A DNA stretch of 64,000 bases from an uncultured Planctomycetota bacterium (GCA_963737655.1 CAVTTN010000002.1:4352001-4416000); one strand, 5' to 3'; positions 1-11,562 are shown, counted from the first letter of the stretch. Translations and numbers: made by a program. The notes: generated from the sequence alone by a model not told the origin.

Positions 1-575
1 TCGACCACTTCGCCTTCCGGAGCATCACCACCGGCGACTTCGAGAAATATTTGCGCGAAAAGCTGTTCCCCAAGGAGGGCCGCGAGCCGATCGACCTCCA
101 CGCCTGGCTCCAGGAAGCGGGCCTCCCGCCCGATTGCCCCGAACCGAAGAGCGAGCGGTTCGGCGAGCTCGATGCCCTGGCGACGAAGTGGTCGGAGAAG
201 GCGATCACGGCGAGGGACCTCAAGGCCGAGAACTGGTCCACGCTCGAATGGCTCCACTTCCTCCGGGCCCTGCCGAAGAAGGTGCCGGCCGACCGGATGA
301 CCGAGCTGGACAACGCCTATGACCTCACCGGCCGGGGCAACGCCGAGATCGCCGAGCAGTGGCTCCTGCTGGCGATCCGCAACAATTACCGGCCGGCCGA
401 CGCCCGGCTCGAAGGGTTCCTCACCTCGATCGGCCGTCGCAAGTTCCTCACGCCCCTCTATGCCGAGCTGCTCAAGGCCCCCGACGGCAAGGCCCGGGCC
501 CGGGCTATCTACGCCCGCGCCCGGCCCTCCTACCATCCGATCGCCGTCGATACGCTGGATAAATTGCTCAAGTGA
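1..575 (+). CDS. M1 family aminopeptidase / leukotriene A4 hydrolase-like protein, C-terminal part (5' truncated by window)
   Basis: Open frame from the window edge (DHFAFRSITTGDFEKYL...). The C-terminal motifs NAEI, FLTSIGRRKFLTPLY and YHPI match the LTA4H C-terminal domain. Confidence 0.85.
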   Translation, partial: DHFAFRSITTGDFEKYLREKLFPKEGREPIDLHAWLQEAGLPPDCPEPKSERFGELDALATKWSEKAITARDLKAENWSTLEWLHFLRALPKKVPADRMTELDNAYDLTGRGNAEIAEQWLLLAIRNNYRPADARLEGFLTSIGRRKFLTPLYAELLKAPDGKARARAIYARARPSYHPIAVDTLDKLLK

Positions 576-590
576 TCGCGTCTTCCCCGA

Positions 591-2262
591 TCACCTCTCG
601 AACGAATCGAACCGATCTCGCCGGACCCACAGCCCCGCGAGCGAGCTCGATTGGAGATACCCTCGCCGAAGGAACGTCAGGAGCCCCGGGAACGGCTTCT
701 GGCCGAGGAAGACGAGGTCGGGCGGTCGGGCTCCCAGATCGCGGACGATCCGCTCGGTCCTCGGCCGGATCAGGGGGTGAGAGGTCCCCGCGAAGGCGGT
801 CAGGAGCGGGTCGGCGAAGACGTGAGGCGTGACGGAGTCGAGGCCCGAGTAAAAATACAGGGGACTTTGCCACCCCCAGACATAGAGATGCGCCTCGTCC
901 CAGCCCCGCGTCTTCCGCCGGAGTCTCCAGGCCGATCCTCTTCTGGGTGATCCACTGGGCCCCGCCCTTGTCTCTCGCGGTCAATTCCTCCGGCGACACG
1001 CACAGGTACTCGCGGACCTGGATGACCGTCGTGGCGATCGTCGAGCCGACGAGGACGAGGGCGGCGAGCCCGGGCAAGACCGCGACGCTCCGGCCGGGTT
1101 CGGGCCCTCCGCCCGCCCACCGGACGAGGAATCGGACCCGGGAGCCCCGCATCGCCGAGCCGGTCGCGATCCCCACGAGCAACGCCGAGGGGGGGACCGC
1201 GAGCAAGTAATAATGCTGCCAGAACAGCCGGGGCATCGCCACCTGGACCCAGGCCGAGACGGCCCACGCGGCGACCAACCGGCGGCGGGCGTCCCCTCGG
1301 GAGATCGCGGCCCAGAGCAGGGCCGGGACCGACACGCCCCACGACGGCCACGCGCCGGCCGCCCACCACGCCCGGCCCAGGGTCCGGCCGAATGGCCAGG
1401 GCAGACGCCCCTCGGGGTCGGTGTTGCCGACCACGAACCGGACGAGGAACGGGTATTCCTTCGGCTCGGGCGGGGTGTCGGTCGCCAGGGCCCCGCCATA
1501 CCTCACGATGTCGTCGAGGGCGGCCGGCCCGGCCCCCTGCGCAACCAGGGCCCCGAGCGAGACCAGCCACGGCACGGCGAAACCGACGAGCAAGGCGAGC
1601 GAGTCCATCAGGATCACCGTCGGTCGTCCCCGGCCGCGGATCGCGATCGCGCCAAGCCCGACGACCAGGGAGGCCGCCCCCACCTGCTTCACCAGGCTCG
1701 CCGCCGCGAGGGACGCCCCCGCCAGGACCAGCCATCGTCTCGGCCCGCCGGGCCACCACGCGACGAGGCAGGCCAGCCCGGCGGTGGCGAACAGGTTGAG
1801 GAAGTGCTCCATGTTCGCGCCGTTTCCGTAAACAAACGGGTCGGTGCTCATCAGAACATACAGGAAGGCGGCCACGAACGCCGAGGGCGAGCCGGACAGC
1901 CTCCGGGCGATCCACCAAATCAGGGTCGCCGTCAGGAGGACCATCGGCACGGGCATCAGCCGGATCGTCGTCTCGGTGGCGCCCCCGATCGCCTCGGCGA
2001 GCGAGTAGATCCAGTACCCGAGCGGCGGCTTGTTCTCGGTCAGGTCGCGATAGAGGACGTCGCCCCGGACGATTCGCTTCCCGATGTATCCATAAATGCA
2101 TTCATCGCAATCAAGAGGCTCGGCGGCCCCGGCGACGACCGGCCAGAGACGGAGGCCGAGGCGGCTTTCCACCGTCGGGCCGATCGTGTGGCACCGCCAC
2201 CAGAGGGCGAACGCCAGGACGAGAAGAAGGCCGGCGACGCCCGGCCATCGCCGGGGCGTCAT
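591..2262 (-). CDS. ArnT/PMT-like (GT39/GT83, GT-C fold) membrane glycosyltransferase; one frameshift near 925
   Basis: DE..Y and LYRDLTENKPP motifs with many TM segments. After ~925 a second frame continues LYVWGWQSPLYFYSG...FER to a stop at 591. The ATG overlaps the upstream TGA (ATGA). Confidence 0.8.
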
Positions 2263-4138
2263 GACGGCCCCCGGCCGAGGCGATAGAGCGTGACCGGATA
2301 TTCGAACGGCGACGGGCCCGGCGAGGAGTACAGCGCGCGATCGGCGGTCAGGCCGATCCGCCGCCGGATCGCCGCGAGGTTCGGCCCCCAGAGCTCGGGA
2401 TCGACCTCGGGCGGCGGTTCGAGCGACCCCCACAACACGTGGGTCACCCCGTACTGACGGACCGTCTGATCGAGATAGAACGGCATGAGGCTTCGATTCA
2501 TGAGGATCGTCGTCCGGCGGCTCGCCAGGCGGAATTCCCAGGGGAACCAGGTCATGATCCGCGAGTCCGGCGGCACCTCCACCGGGTGCTCGCGGACCCA
2601 CTCGCCCGCCTTCATGAGCGCCGGCCAGTGGAGCTGATACGACTTGCCGAGCCACGTGAAATCATACGACCATGACGGGTCCGCCCACAGGAGGGCCACC
2701 AGCGACGCCGCCAGCAACGGCCGGGCCCCGGACCCCGTCCGCGACCCCAGCCAGGAGGCCAGCCCGGCGACGCACGGCGGCACCATCAGCACGAACACCG
2801 GCAGATAATACCGACCGAGCTGCGCCACCTGCGTGACGTCGGCGATGTTGGCGAGCGTCGCGGCGACGAACGCGAGCGCGACGAACGCGGAGGCGCGGTC
2901 CCAGGCGCGGCCGTCGTCGGCCTTCGCAACCAGGCGACGGAAGAAGCCGGCGATCAGGGGCAAGCCGACGATCATCGTCGAGGTCACGACCACGATCACC
3001 AGCGATTTGGTCTTCACGCGAACGATCGCGGGCATGTTTCGCGCGTGTAGAAGGCCTTCGCCGTCGTGTTCCCATGATCGTTATGATGGACCGTCCACGA
3101 GAAGTTGTATTGAAAGAACTTGGTGTACGTGTAGAACGGCTCCCCATATTCGCGATACGTCATCCAGGCCCACGGAGCGATCACGGCGCAGGTGACGACC
3201 CCCCAGAGGAGCATCGGCCCGACCCTCCTCCTCCCCCCCGCGAACAGGCCGTAAAGCCCCGCGGCGGCGGCCATCGCCATCGCGGTATTCCTGGACAGGA
3301 CGGCCAGGCCGGTGAACACGCCCGCCGCCACGGCCCAGGCCCACCTCGCCCTGCCGTCGGCCGCCCAGAGCTCCGCGAGGCACCCGAACGCGACGAGCGA
3401 GGTGAGCGCGACGAGGCTCTCCCGCAGCTCGAACCCCGCGTAAATCGCATGGACCGGGAGGACCGCGAGGACCGCCATCGATCCGAGGGCCACCCCCTCG
3501 CCGTACCTCCGTCGCGCGAAGACATACAAAATCGGCAACGTGACCAGATTCAAGACAAACGACAGGCCCTTCGGGACGGCGAACGTCGATTCCAGAGAGT
3601 CGCCGGGCACGACGCCGACCATCCGATAGGCCCCGGCCAGCAGGTAGGGGAACAGCGGGGTGGACCAGTCGTCGAGCACCCCTCGATTCTCTCGGATGGC
3701 CGGATAGTCGGCGAAATAGCTCTCGACGTAGTGCTTCACCGGCCCCTCCCCCTGGAGGATCGAGGAAGCGATCTCGACATAATGGCAACTGTCGCCGGGG
3801 ACGAGCGGCAGGTTGCTCCCGGCCGTCCAGATCGCCGCCCGGATGGCGTAGCCCACCACGAACACCGCCCACCCTCGCCGGCCGTGAGACGAGAGGAACG
3901 GGGAGACGATCAACCCGATCGCCGCGATCGCGAGGAAGACCGCCCCGTGCATCCGAAAGAGGGCGAGCTGCGACGGCTCCCGCAATCGAGCCAGCGCCGA
4001 CTGCTCGTAGAACAGCATCGCCACGGCCCGGAAGGCCGGGGCGGCGATGCCCCGGGAGCGGTCGAGCGCGACCAGGCCGGCGAGTCCGGCCGCGATCGCC
4101 AGGCCCGCGACGACCCTCCGCCCGTCGCCGCGGGTCAT
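2259..4138 (-). CDS. ArnT/PMT-like membrane glycosyltransferase; frameshift near 3037
   Basis: ORFs 3014..4138 and 2259..3035 join (FYTRE|NMPAIVRVK) if one A is added. Motifs GDSCHY, PLFPYLLA and APW..TY..YG, plus a multi-TM profile. Confidence 0.75.
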
Positions 4139-4169
4139 CGCGGACCGTCCCCTTCGCCGCCGGTCCCGA

Positions 4170-5858
4170 TCATTTCTCGGCCTTCTTCATCATGGCCTCG
4201 CGACGGCCGCGGAACTCGTTGCCCGGCTTCCATTCGGGGAGGCTCGGGGAGCGGGCCACGATGTCGCCGACCTCGAGGAGCAGCCGAGCATCCTGGACGG
4301 CCCCGGAGAGGTCCCAGTCCGGCTTCACCTCGTCGGTGACCTTGTGATAGTCGTTCGCCGTGTACTCGGCCCGCTTCTTCGCGCCGAACTCGGGCGACTT
4401 GCCCACGAACAGCGTACCGCCCTTGGCGTTGAGCGCGGGCACGCCCTTCTTGGCGAACTCGAAGTGGTCGGAGCGGTAATAGGCCCCTTTCTCCGGCTCG
4501 GTGTCGCCGCCAACGGATCGATGGGATCGCGCCGCGACCGATTCCAGGACGTCATCCAGCGAGGACGACCCCTTGCCCACGCTCGTGACGTCGGCGGTGC
4601 GGCCCCAGAGGTTGATCACGTCCATGTTGATGTCGGCGAGCGTCTTGTCGAGGGGATAGAGCGGGTGGTCGGCGTAGTGCTTCGCCCCCAGGAGGCCCTT
4701 CTCCTCGGCCGTCACGCAGAGGAACAGGATCGACCGCGGGGGGCGGGCCGACAGCCGGGCGAACCCCTCGGCGATCTCCAGGAGCATGGCCACGCCCGAG
4801 GCGTTGTCGGCCGCCCCGTTGAAGATCTGGTCCCCCTTCAGGGTCTCGTCCTTGCCCAGGTGGTCCCAGTGGGCCGTGTACACCACATACTCGTTCTTGA
4901 GCTTCGGGTCGGTGCCTTCCAGCTTCGCGACCACGTTCTTGGAATCGACGCGCCGGAGCGTGTTCTTCGCCGTGAATGACGCCTTCGCCTTCAGGTCCAC
5001 GGGGCGGAAGTCCTTCGAGGTCGCCTTCTTCTTCAGGTCGTCGAAATCCTGGCCGGCGTCCTGCAAGAGGCTCCTTCGCGATTCAGGGAGATCCACGCCT
5101 CGATGGCGGGCCGGGACTTGTTGCCGTCGGGCGCGGGGATGTCGAAATTCTCGCGGCCCCAGCTGCCGACGACGACCTGATAGGGGTAGCCCGCCGGGCC
5201 CGTCTCGTGGACGAGGATCGCGGCGGCGGCGCCTTTCTCGGTGGCGATCTCATACTTGTACGTCCACCGGCCGTAATACGTCATCGCCCGGCCCTTGAAC
5301 ATCGCGTCGTCCAGCTTCGACGGGTCGGTCGGGTCGGGCACGGCCGGGTCGTTCACGAGCATGACGATCGTCTTGCCCTTCACGTCCACGTCCTTGTAAT
5401 CGTCCCAGCCGTACTCCGGGGCGACCACTCCGTAGCCCACGAACACGACGTCCGAATCCTCGACCTTCACGTCGGCCGCGTCGTGGCGGGAGACGGCCAC
5501 CCAGTCGTCGAACGACTTGAGGGGGATCGTCTTGCCGCCGACGGCGATCGAGCCCCTCGGCGGAGGTCTTGAAGCCGACGAGCGGGACGTTCTGGACGTA
5601 GGTCCCGTCGGGGTTGCCCGGCTTGAGGTTCATCCGGCGGAACTGCTCGATCAGGTAGGAGACGGTCCGTTCTTCGCCGGGAGACCCGGGCGCCCTCCCT
5701 TCGTAGGCGTCGGAGGCGAGCACCTGGATGTGGCGGAGCATCTCGGAGGCGTCGATGCTGTTGAGGGCCTGCGAGAGATCCGGCGCCGAGAACCCGGCGC
5801 CGAGGATCCACGGGGTGATGGCGAGCAGCCCGGCGAGCCGGATCGTCCTGAGATTCAT
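4170..5858 (-). CDS. M28 family metallopeptidase with PA domain, secreted; frameshifts near 5555 and 5078
   Basis: Three consecutive ORF pieces: signal peptide plus [18 protein letters not shown]...[40 protein letters not shown]. Confidence 0.9.
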
Positions 5859-6001
5859 CGTCGCCTCGAAGGGTGCGGTCGGGGGAAGCGAAGGGCGGAC
5901 CCTCCCGGACGGCGATCATACGCGAGAGGTCCGACGGAGGCGACGGGTCGCCGATCGGGATTCGGGAGGCCCAGGACGGCGAACGAAACGTCGAGGGGCG
6001 C

Positions 6002-6334
6002 TCAGCCCCCGATCATCGGCGGGAAGTACCTCTGGTTGGGGGCGAGAGGCACGGGATGGTACATCGGCGCGGCCGGGACGGAATAGCCGCTCGGCACCGG
6101 CGAGGCGTAGCCGCCGGTCCCCGGCGCGGCGTAATAGCGTCCGGGTTGCGTCGTCCAGGTCGGCCGGGCCGGATAGGTGTAGGGTCGGGAGTAGGTCGGG
6201 TAGGCCGTGCGCCCCCGGAAGAATCGACGGCCGATCCCGGCTTCGGCCGATCCGGCCAGGAGCGATCCGCCGAGCAGCCACAGGGCGGCGAGGCCGGCGA
6301 TTCGCCGTTGACGGCGGACTTGCGAGGCGTCCAT
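6002..6334 (-). CDS. Small secreted Tyr/Pro-rich hypothetical protein
   Basis: Signal-peptide-like N-terminus ending in AEA, followed by a low-complexity Y/P-rich mature part. Confidence 0.55.
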   Translation of the reverse strand: MDASQVRRQRRIAGLAALWLLGGSLLAGSAEAGIGRRFFRGRTAYPTYSRPYTYPARPTWTTQPGRYYAAPGTGGYASPVPSGYSVPAAPMYHPVPLAPNQRYFPPMIGG

Positions 6335-6500
6335 GAGCGGGGTCCTGTTGGTGGGAGAGGAGGCGTCCACTCTATCAAGGGAGGCAAACGACGGGCCGGG
6401 CCCGCGATCGGCGGTTCGCCGGAATCCGGCCGCTGACCGCCGGGCCGCGAACGTCTATAATACCCCGACGCCCCTCGCCGGAGTGAGGAGAGACCCGCTG

Positions 6501-7844
6501 GTGACGCCCCCCTTCGGGACGACCGACACGCCATCGTGCGAGCCCGCCACCGAGTCGATCGTGGTCCGCATCCGCTGGCTCGGGATCGGGATGGGATACG
6601 TCCTGGCCCTGTCGCGGTCCGGCCTCCACGACCGATCGGCCGTCTGCGCGTTCCTCGCGCTCGGCGCCGGCTTCGCCGCCCTGGACACCGCGTTCCACCG
6701 GATGGGCGAGGTCTTCCTCCGCCGCTGGCCCCTGTTCGTCGGGTCGATGGAGGCCACCTTCATCGCCCTGCTCTGCTACCACGACACGGGCATGGAGAGC
6801 CCGTTCCGCTGGTATTACCTGCTCTCCTTGATCTGCTGCGCGTTCCGCTACCGGAGGGCCGTGGCCTGGATCACGTTCGGGTTGCACTGCCTGAGCTTGC
6901 TGGTGCTGTTCCTGGTCCTGGAGCCGTCGCGATCGGCCGGCGGGGCGATGCCGTTGACCATCGCCATCCTCGCGTGGGTCACCTGGGCGAGCTCGGCGAT
7001 GGCCGGGCTCCTGAAGGCCACCGGAGCGAGGCTCGCGCAGGCGAACGCCGATCTCGAACTCCAGAGCGCCGAGCTGGAACGCCGGGTCGCCGAGCGGTCC
7101 GAGGCCCTCAGGGCGAGCCAGGCCCGCGTGATCCATCAGGAGAAGATGGCCGCCTTCGGCCTGCTCGCCGCCGGGATCGCCCACGAGGTCGGCAACCCTC
7201 TGGCCGCCCTGAGCTCGATCGTCCAGATCCTCCAGAGGAGGCACCCGGACGAGTACATGGCCGAGAAGCTCGACCTGGCGGACCGGCAGCTCGGCCGCAT
7301 CCAGAGGACGATCCGCGAGCTCGTCGAGTTCGCCCGCCCCGCCTCGCCGGTCCCGGGCAAGGTCCGCGTGGGCGAGGTCGTCGAGGAGGTCCTGGCCGTC
7401 GCCAAGTACTATTACCGGACCGGCGACCGCGCCTTTTCCGTGGAGATCGCCGAGGACCTCCCGCCGATCCTCGCGCCCCGAGACCACCTGTTGCAGGTCG
7501 TCCTGAACCTGGTGTTCAACGCGATCGACGCCACCGCCAGGGGAGGGCGGATCGGCGTCTCGGCGGCGGTCGTCGGCGACGCGATCGAACTCTCGGTCAC
7601 CGACGACGGCCGGGGGATCGCCGAGGCCGACCGCGCCCGCCTCTTCCAGCCGTACTTCACCACCAAGCGCCAGGGGACGGGACTGGGGCTCTACGTGAGT
7701 CGCAAGATCGTCCACGAGCTTCGCGGCTCGATCGCCTGCCGGTCCGAGCCGGGCGAAGGGGCGACGTTCACCGTCGTCCTGCCCGTCGAGACGGCCCCCG
7801 AACCGTGGCCTTCGCCGCCGGCGCTGGCGGGGGCGTCGTCATGA
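6501..7844 (+). CDS. Membrane sensor histidine kinase (NtrB-like)
   Basis: EKMAAFGLLAAGIAHEVGNPL H-box, NLVFNAIDA N-box, DDGRGI, FQPYFTTK and GTGLGL. GTG start chosen after GAGGAG. Confidence 0.9.
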   Translation: MTPPFGTTDTPSCEPATESIVVRIRWLGIGMGYVLALSRSGLHDRSAVCAFLALGAGFAALDTAFHRMGEVFLRRWPLFVGSMEATFIALLCYHDTGMESPFRWYYLLSLICCAFRYRRAVAWITFGLHCLSLLVLFLVLEPSRSAGGAMPLTIAILAWVTWASSAMAGLLKATGARLAQANADLELQSAELERRVAERSEALRASQARVIHQEKMAAFGLLAAGIAHEVGNPLAALSSIVQILQRRHPDEYMAEKLDLADRQLGRIQRTIRELVEFARPASPVPGKVRVGEVVEEVLAVAKYYYRTGDRAFSVEIAEDLPPILAPRDHLLQVVLNLVFNAIDATARGGRIGVSAAVVGDAIELSVTDDGRGIAEADRARLFQPYFTTKRQGTGLGLYVSRKIVHELRGSIACRSEPGEGATFTVVLPVETAPEPWPSPPALAGASS

Positions 7845-9267
7845 GCCGCCGGGCGGACCCGGCCTCGGCCTCGGCCCGAGGGCGCATCCTGGTGGTCGAT
7901 GATGAGGATGTGATCGCGCAAACGCTTCAGGAATTCCTCCAGGCCGAGGGGTTCGAGGTCGGCGTGGCCGGGACCGCCGCCTCGGCCCTGGCCCTGGTCG
8001 AGACGTTCGAGCCCGACGTGGCCCTGTGCGACGTCCAGTTGCCCGGCGCCGACGGCCTGGAATTGCTCGACCGCCTGCTCCAGGTCCGGCCCGAGACGCT
8101 CGTCCTGATGATCACGGCGTATGCGACCGTCGAGAACGCCGTGGCCGCGTTCCGTCGGGGGGCACACGACTACCTGATGAAGCCGGTCCTGTTCGACGAG
8201 CTCCTGACGAAGATCGACCGGCTGATCTCCTTCCGCCGCCTCCTCCGAGAGAACCAGGCGTTGCGCCGACAGCTCCACGCCGACTTCGGACCCGACGCCC
8301 TGATCGGCCAGAGCGCCGCGATGCAGGCCGTCAAGACCCTGATCCGCAAGGTCGGCCCGACCCGCTCGAACGTCCTGATCACCGGAGAATCCGGCACCGG
8401 CAAGGAGCTGGTGGCCCGTGCGTTGCACGCCACGGGCCGGGAGCCGGACGCCCCGTTCCTGGCGATCAACTGCGCGGCGATCCCGAACGATTTGCTCGAA
8501 AACCAGCTCTTCGGCCACGTCCGGGCGCGTTCACCGGGGCCGACCGCGACCATCTGGGCCTGTTCGTCGCGGCGGGGACGGGCACGGTGTTCCTCGACGA
8601 GATCGGCGATTTGCCCCTGGCGACCCAGGCCAAGCTGCTCCGGGCCATCGAGAACAAGGAGGTCCTGGCCGTCGGCGCCACCAAGCCCTCCAGCGTGGCG
8701 GCGAGGGTCGTCGCCGCGACGAACAAGGACCTCCCCTCGGAGGTCGCCGCCGGGCGGTTCCGCGCCGACCTGTTCTACCGACTCGACGTGGTCGCCATCC
8801 GCACGCCGCCGCTTCGGGACCGCCCGGAAGACATCCCCGAACTGGTCTCGGCCCTCCTGGCCCGTCATGCGAGGTCGCTCGGCAAACGGGTCGATGGGGT
8901 GGACAACGCGACGATCCGCCGGTTGATGACCGCGCCCTGGAAGGGGAACGTCCGCGAGCTGGATAACGCCCTGGAACGCGCCGTGATCCTGGCCGACGGG
9001 CCGATCCTGACGCCCGCCGACTTCCCCGGAGACCTCATGGGCGAGGCCCCGGGGCCGGGCTCCGAATCCGGCGACGACCTGCGATCGGCCCTGGCCCTGG
9101 CCGAGCGCCGCCACATCCGCCGGGTGCTCTCGCAGTGCGGAGGGGACAAGCGCGAGGCGGCCCGGAGGCTCGGCCTGGGGCTTTCGTCGCTCTATCGGAA
9201 GCTGGAAGACGACCCGTCCGCCCCGGCCTCGTCGCCGTCGCCGCCCTCTCCCCTGGGGGGTGGCTGA
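7841..9267 (+). CDS. Sigma54-dependent response regulator (NtrC family); frameshift near 8523
   Basis: Receiver domain (VVDDE, DVQLP, KP), GESGTGKE, a GAFTGA motif split by a missing G, FLDEIG, WKGNVREL and a C-terminal Fis HTH. Confidence 0.92.
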
Positions 9268-9857
9268 TGCGGTGCGCCCGCTGCGACCGGATCATCAGCC
9301 GCGAGACCCTGGCCCGCGACGGGGACGGCCACCTCGTCTTCGGATGGTGCGCCGAGTGCCTCCGGCGCGAGGGATGCGAGCCGGTGGAGGTCGAGCCGGC
9401 CTCCCTGACGGTTCATGAACGCGTTTCGATTCGACGGAAGGCCCGGCGGTTCATCCGCACGATCCGCCGACCGAGGCCGATCGCGACGAGCCGACGGCTG
9501 GCGGCGATGGGCGTCTCGGGCCTGATGGCCGCCTGGGCCCTGGTCCTCGCGTTCGTCGGCGGACTGAAGCTCACCTCGCCGGGAGACGGCATGGGGCCGA
9601 CCCTCCTGATCGGCTCGGGCCTGATGGCGATCGTCAGCCTGACCTTCTGGATCGCCCTGATCGGCCGGATCGACCGGAGGCGGACGCTCCTGAAGATCGT
9701 CCAGGTCGCCGCCTCGATCGCGGCGTTCGGCACGCTGGCCTGGGGGATCGTCCACCACGACCCGAGGAAAGACCCGCTGATCGTCGGGGTCGCCGCCGGG
9801 GCCCTGGCCCTCTCCTGGGCCGCCCGCAAGTACGAGCGCCGCAAGGTCGTCGTGTAA
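9267..9857 (+). CDS. Hypothetical membrane protein with N-terminal CxxC...CxxC zinc ribbon and ~4 TM helices
   Basis: MRCARC...WCAEC followed by four hydrophobic stretches. Start overlaps the regulator stop (TGATG). Confidence 0.7.
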   Translation: MRCARCDRIISRETLARDGDGHLVFGWCAECLRREGCEPVEVEPASLTVHERVSIRRKARRFIRTIRRPRPIATSRRLAAMGVSGLMAAWALVLAFVGGLKLTSPGDGMGPTLLIGSGLMAIVSLTFWIALIGRIDRRRTLLKIVQVAASIAAFGTLAWGIVHHDPRKDPLIVGVAAGALALSWAARKYERRKVVV

Positions 9858-9977
9858 GAGGCCTCGTCCGGGTTCCCCAGGGCGGCGGCTTCGGCCATAA
9901 TGAGGCGATCGCGAGGCGACCGCGGGCCCTCTCCCGGCCGAGTTCCTCGCGATGGCCCTTCTGGCGAGGCCCCGACC

Positions 9978-11483
9978 ATGAGCGTGCCCGTCCCCCGCCG
10001 CGATTTCCTCAAGACCTCGGCCGCCGTCGGCCTCGGCGCCGGCCTCGGCCGGGCGGCCCTCGGCCTGGCCCCGGCCTCCGCCTCCGCGATGGCGGTGAAG
10101 CCCGAGAGCGTCCGGTTCCGGCCCGAGATCGAGCCGGTCGTTCGGATGATCGAGGACACGTCCCGCGAGAAAGCGATCGAGGCCGTCCTCGACGCGATGA
10201 AGAAGGGCCTCTCCTATCGCGACCTGATGGCGGGCCTGTTCCTGGCCGGGATTCGCGACATCCAGCCCCGGCCCGTCGGGTTCAAGTTCCATGCGGTGAT
10301 GGTGATCCACTCGGCCCACCTCCTCGCCCAGTCGGCCGGGGCCGAGGATCGCCTCCTGCCCATGCTCTGGGCCCTGGACAACTTCAAGAACTCCCAGGCG
10401 CAGGACGTGAAGGAAGGGGACTGGACCCTCTCGGCCGTGGACGAGGGCCACTTGCCCTCGCCTTCGCAGGCGAAATCCGCGCTGGTCGAGGCGATGGACG
10501 CGTGGGACGCCGACAAGGCCGACTCCGCGACCGCGGCCCTCTGCCGATCGGCCGGCGCGGCGGAGGTCATGGAGCCATTCTGGAGGTACGGCGTCCGGGA
10601 TTTCCGCGACATCGGCCACAAGGCGATCTTCGCCGCCCAGAGCTGGCGGACCCTCCAGGCGATCGGCTGGCCCCACGCCGAACCCGTCCTCCGCTCGCTC
10701 GCCTTCGGCCTCCTGGACCGTCGCGGCCAGCCGGGACGCAACGCCGAAGGGCCGTATGAGGCGAACCTGGAGAACGCGAAGAAGGTCCGCGACGGCTGGA
10801 CCGTCGGCAAGGACGACCCGGAGGCCGCCCGGAGCTTGCTGGAGACGCTCCGCACCGCATCGCCCGAGGCCGCCTGTTCGGAAGCCGTGGCCCTGTTGAA
10901 TCGGGGGATCGCGCCCGAGTCCCTGTGGGATTCGGTCGTCCTCTTCGGGAGCGAACAGTTGCTGAAGAAGCCGGGGATCGTGCCCTTGCACGCGATGACC
11001 TCGGCCAACGCCCTGCACTTCATCTTCGGCGCCAGCGGCGACGACCTCACCAGGAAGCTCTCGCTGTTGCAGGCCGTGGGCTGGCAGACCCTGTTCCGGG
11101 ACGCCTCCGGAGCGAAGGGGGACATGAAGCTCGACGGCCTGGAGCCGGCCGATTCGCCGTCGTCCGACGCCGTGGCCGAGGTGTTCTCCACCATCAAGGA
11201 GAGCCGGCCCAGGGCCGCGAGCCGGGCCCTGGCGTTCCTGGCCCGGGGCGGGTCGGTCGAGACGATCTTCGCCGAGGGACGGAGCCTGATCTTCCGCAAG
11301 GGCCGAGACAGCCACGACTACAAGTACGCCGCAGCCGCCTGGGAAGAGGCGAGGCTCGCCTCCGACCCGAGATGGCACGCCCCGCTCGCCGCCGCCTCGC
11401 TCGCCTACGTCCCCAGCCCCGAGGCCCCCGACAGCCCGCTCATGAATCGGGCCCGCGAGGCGCTGAAGGGGTTGGGCGGCTAA
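9978..11483 (+). CDS. Tat-exported helical His-motif protein of unknown function
   Basis: PRRDFLK twin-arginine signal and repeated His motifs (FHAVM, GHKAI, LHAMT, SHDYKY). Confidence 0.75.
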   Translation: MSVPVPRRDFLKTSAAVGLGAGLGRAALGLAPASASAMAVKPESVRFRPEIEPVVRMIEDTSREKAIEAVLDAMKKGLSYRDLMAGLFLAGIRDIQPRPVGFKFHAVMVIHSAHLLAQSAGAEDRLLPMLWALDNFKNSQAQDVKEGDWTLSAVDEGHLPSPSQAKSALVEAMDAWDADKADSATAALCRSAGAAEVMEPFWRYGVRDFRDIGHKAIFAAQSWRTLQAIGWPHAEPVLRSLAFGLLDRRGQPGRNAEGPYEANLENAKKVRDGWTVGKDDPEAARSLLETLRTASPEAACSEAVALLNRGIAPESLWDSVVLFGSEQLLKKPGIVPLHAMTSANALHFIFGASGDDLTRKLSLLQAVGWQTLFRDASGAKGDMKLDGLEPADSPSSDAVAEVFSTIKESRPRAASRALAFLARGGSVETIFAEGRSLIFRKGRDSHDYKYAAAAWEEARLASDPRWHAPLAAASLAYVPSPEAPDSPLMNRAREALKGLGG

Positions 11484-11486
11484 ACG

Positions 11487-11562
11487 TGGCGTCGGCCAAA
11501 AATGGTGTCAGATCTATTCTTGTAACCAAAAATAGATCTGACACCATTTTTGGCCGACGCCA
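11487..11562. repeat. Perfect 32-bp inverted repeat (REP/MITE-like palindrome) between convergent genes
   Basis: tggcgtcggccaaaaatggtgtcagatctatt (11487-11518) and its exact reverse complement (11531-11562). Confidence 0.9.

Noticed and set aside
8500..8545. Programmed frameshift or true pseudogene in the sigma54 regulator
   Set aside because: One G is missing in a G-run at GAFTGA, with no slippery heptamer; same pattern as the other probable sequencing indels.
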